The translations under genes and the position numbers were made by a program. A stretch of 63,042 bases of DNA, counting the filler, from an uncultured bacterium (GTDB lineage Bacteria; Latescibacterota; UBA2968): NCBI GenBank assembly GCA_964471275.1. It is 16 parts of 16 records of this genome, joined end to end, with 100 filler letters (N's around TTAATTAATTAA, not from the genome) between each part and the next. Parts side by side here need not be neighbours in the genome. Positions count along the whole stretch, not along the records: positions 59,490 to 63,042 come from CAYYGZ010000337.1; 15 more parts are not named here. One strand, given 5' to 3'. Shown here one piece after another: positions 62,969 to 63,042 of the stretch. The notes below the pieces were generated by a model. The model saw only the letters and a program-made list of their open reading frames with translations, was not told the origin of the DNA and did no database searches. Every line of letters begins with the position of its first letter. Within the stretch, counting starts at the first letter, position 1.

Positions 62969-63042
62969 GGTCAAGTGCCAAGCTCAATTGAAACGTATCC
63001 GGCTCCCTGTTGGTGTTATGCTGTCTGCTGCGTGTTGGGTTG

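Overview
This window is not one contiguous locus. It is 16 short contigs (about 3.6-4.1 kb each, in decreasing length order) from a draft bacterial genome, probably a MAG or SAG. They are joined by 15 artificial 100-bp linkers (N44-TTAATTAATTAA-N44), so adjacency across a linker has no biological meaning. Gene content (GWxTD/TPR proteins, GldAFG-type ABC system, several UROD-like and sugar-catabolic proteins) loosely suggests a diderm candidate-phylum bacterium such as Latescibacterota or relatives; this is inference only. Housekeeping features include tRNA-Ala(CGC), a large Alu-type SRP RNA, dnaX-ybaB-recR-pgsA, monomeric icd, fbaA (with an internal TAA), rlmD, rsmB, rsmD, clpP, the start of proS, and pspA with a sigma54 promoter plus IHF site. 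Also present are XdhC/CoxE, a fused AhbAB-like siroheme decarboxylase, peptide ABC transporters and many catabolic enzymes. IS3- and IS481-family termini sit at several contig ends, and there are several disrupted genes. The most interesting observations are: (1) a protein with His/Pro-rich 12-aa tandem repeats (HGQPHDPNAPAT); (2) a membrane glycosyltransferase-like TPR protein next to a signal-peptide-less GH84 O-GlcNAcase-like enzyme; (3) an unannotated 57-aa HTH gene with its own promoter and terminator; (4) two contig pairs that can be rejoined from their end sequences, one giving a sulfotransferase/UROD-like catabolic cluster. No CRISPR array, prophage or defence system is supported, and no clearly novel system can be proven from sequence alone.
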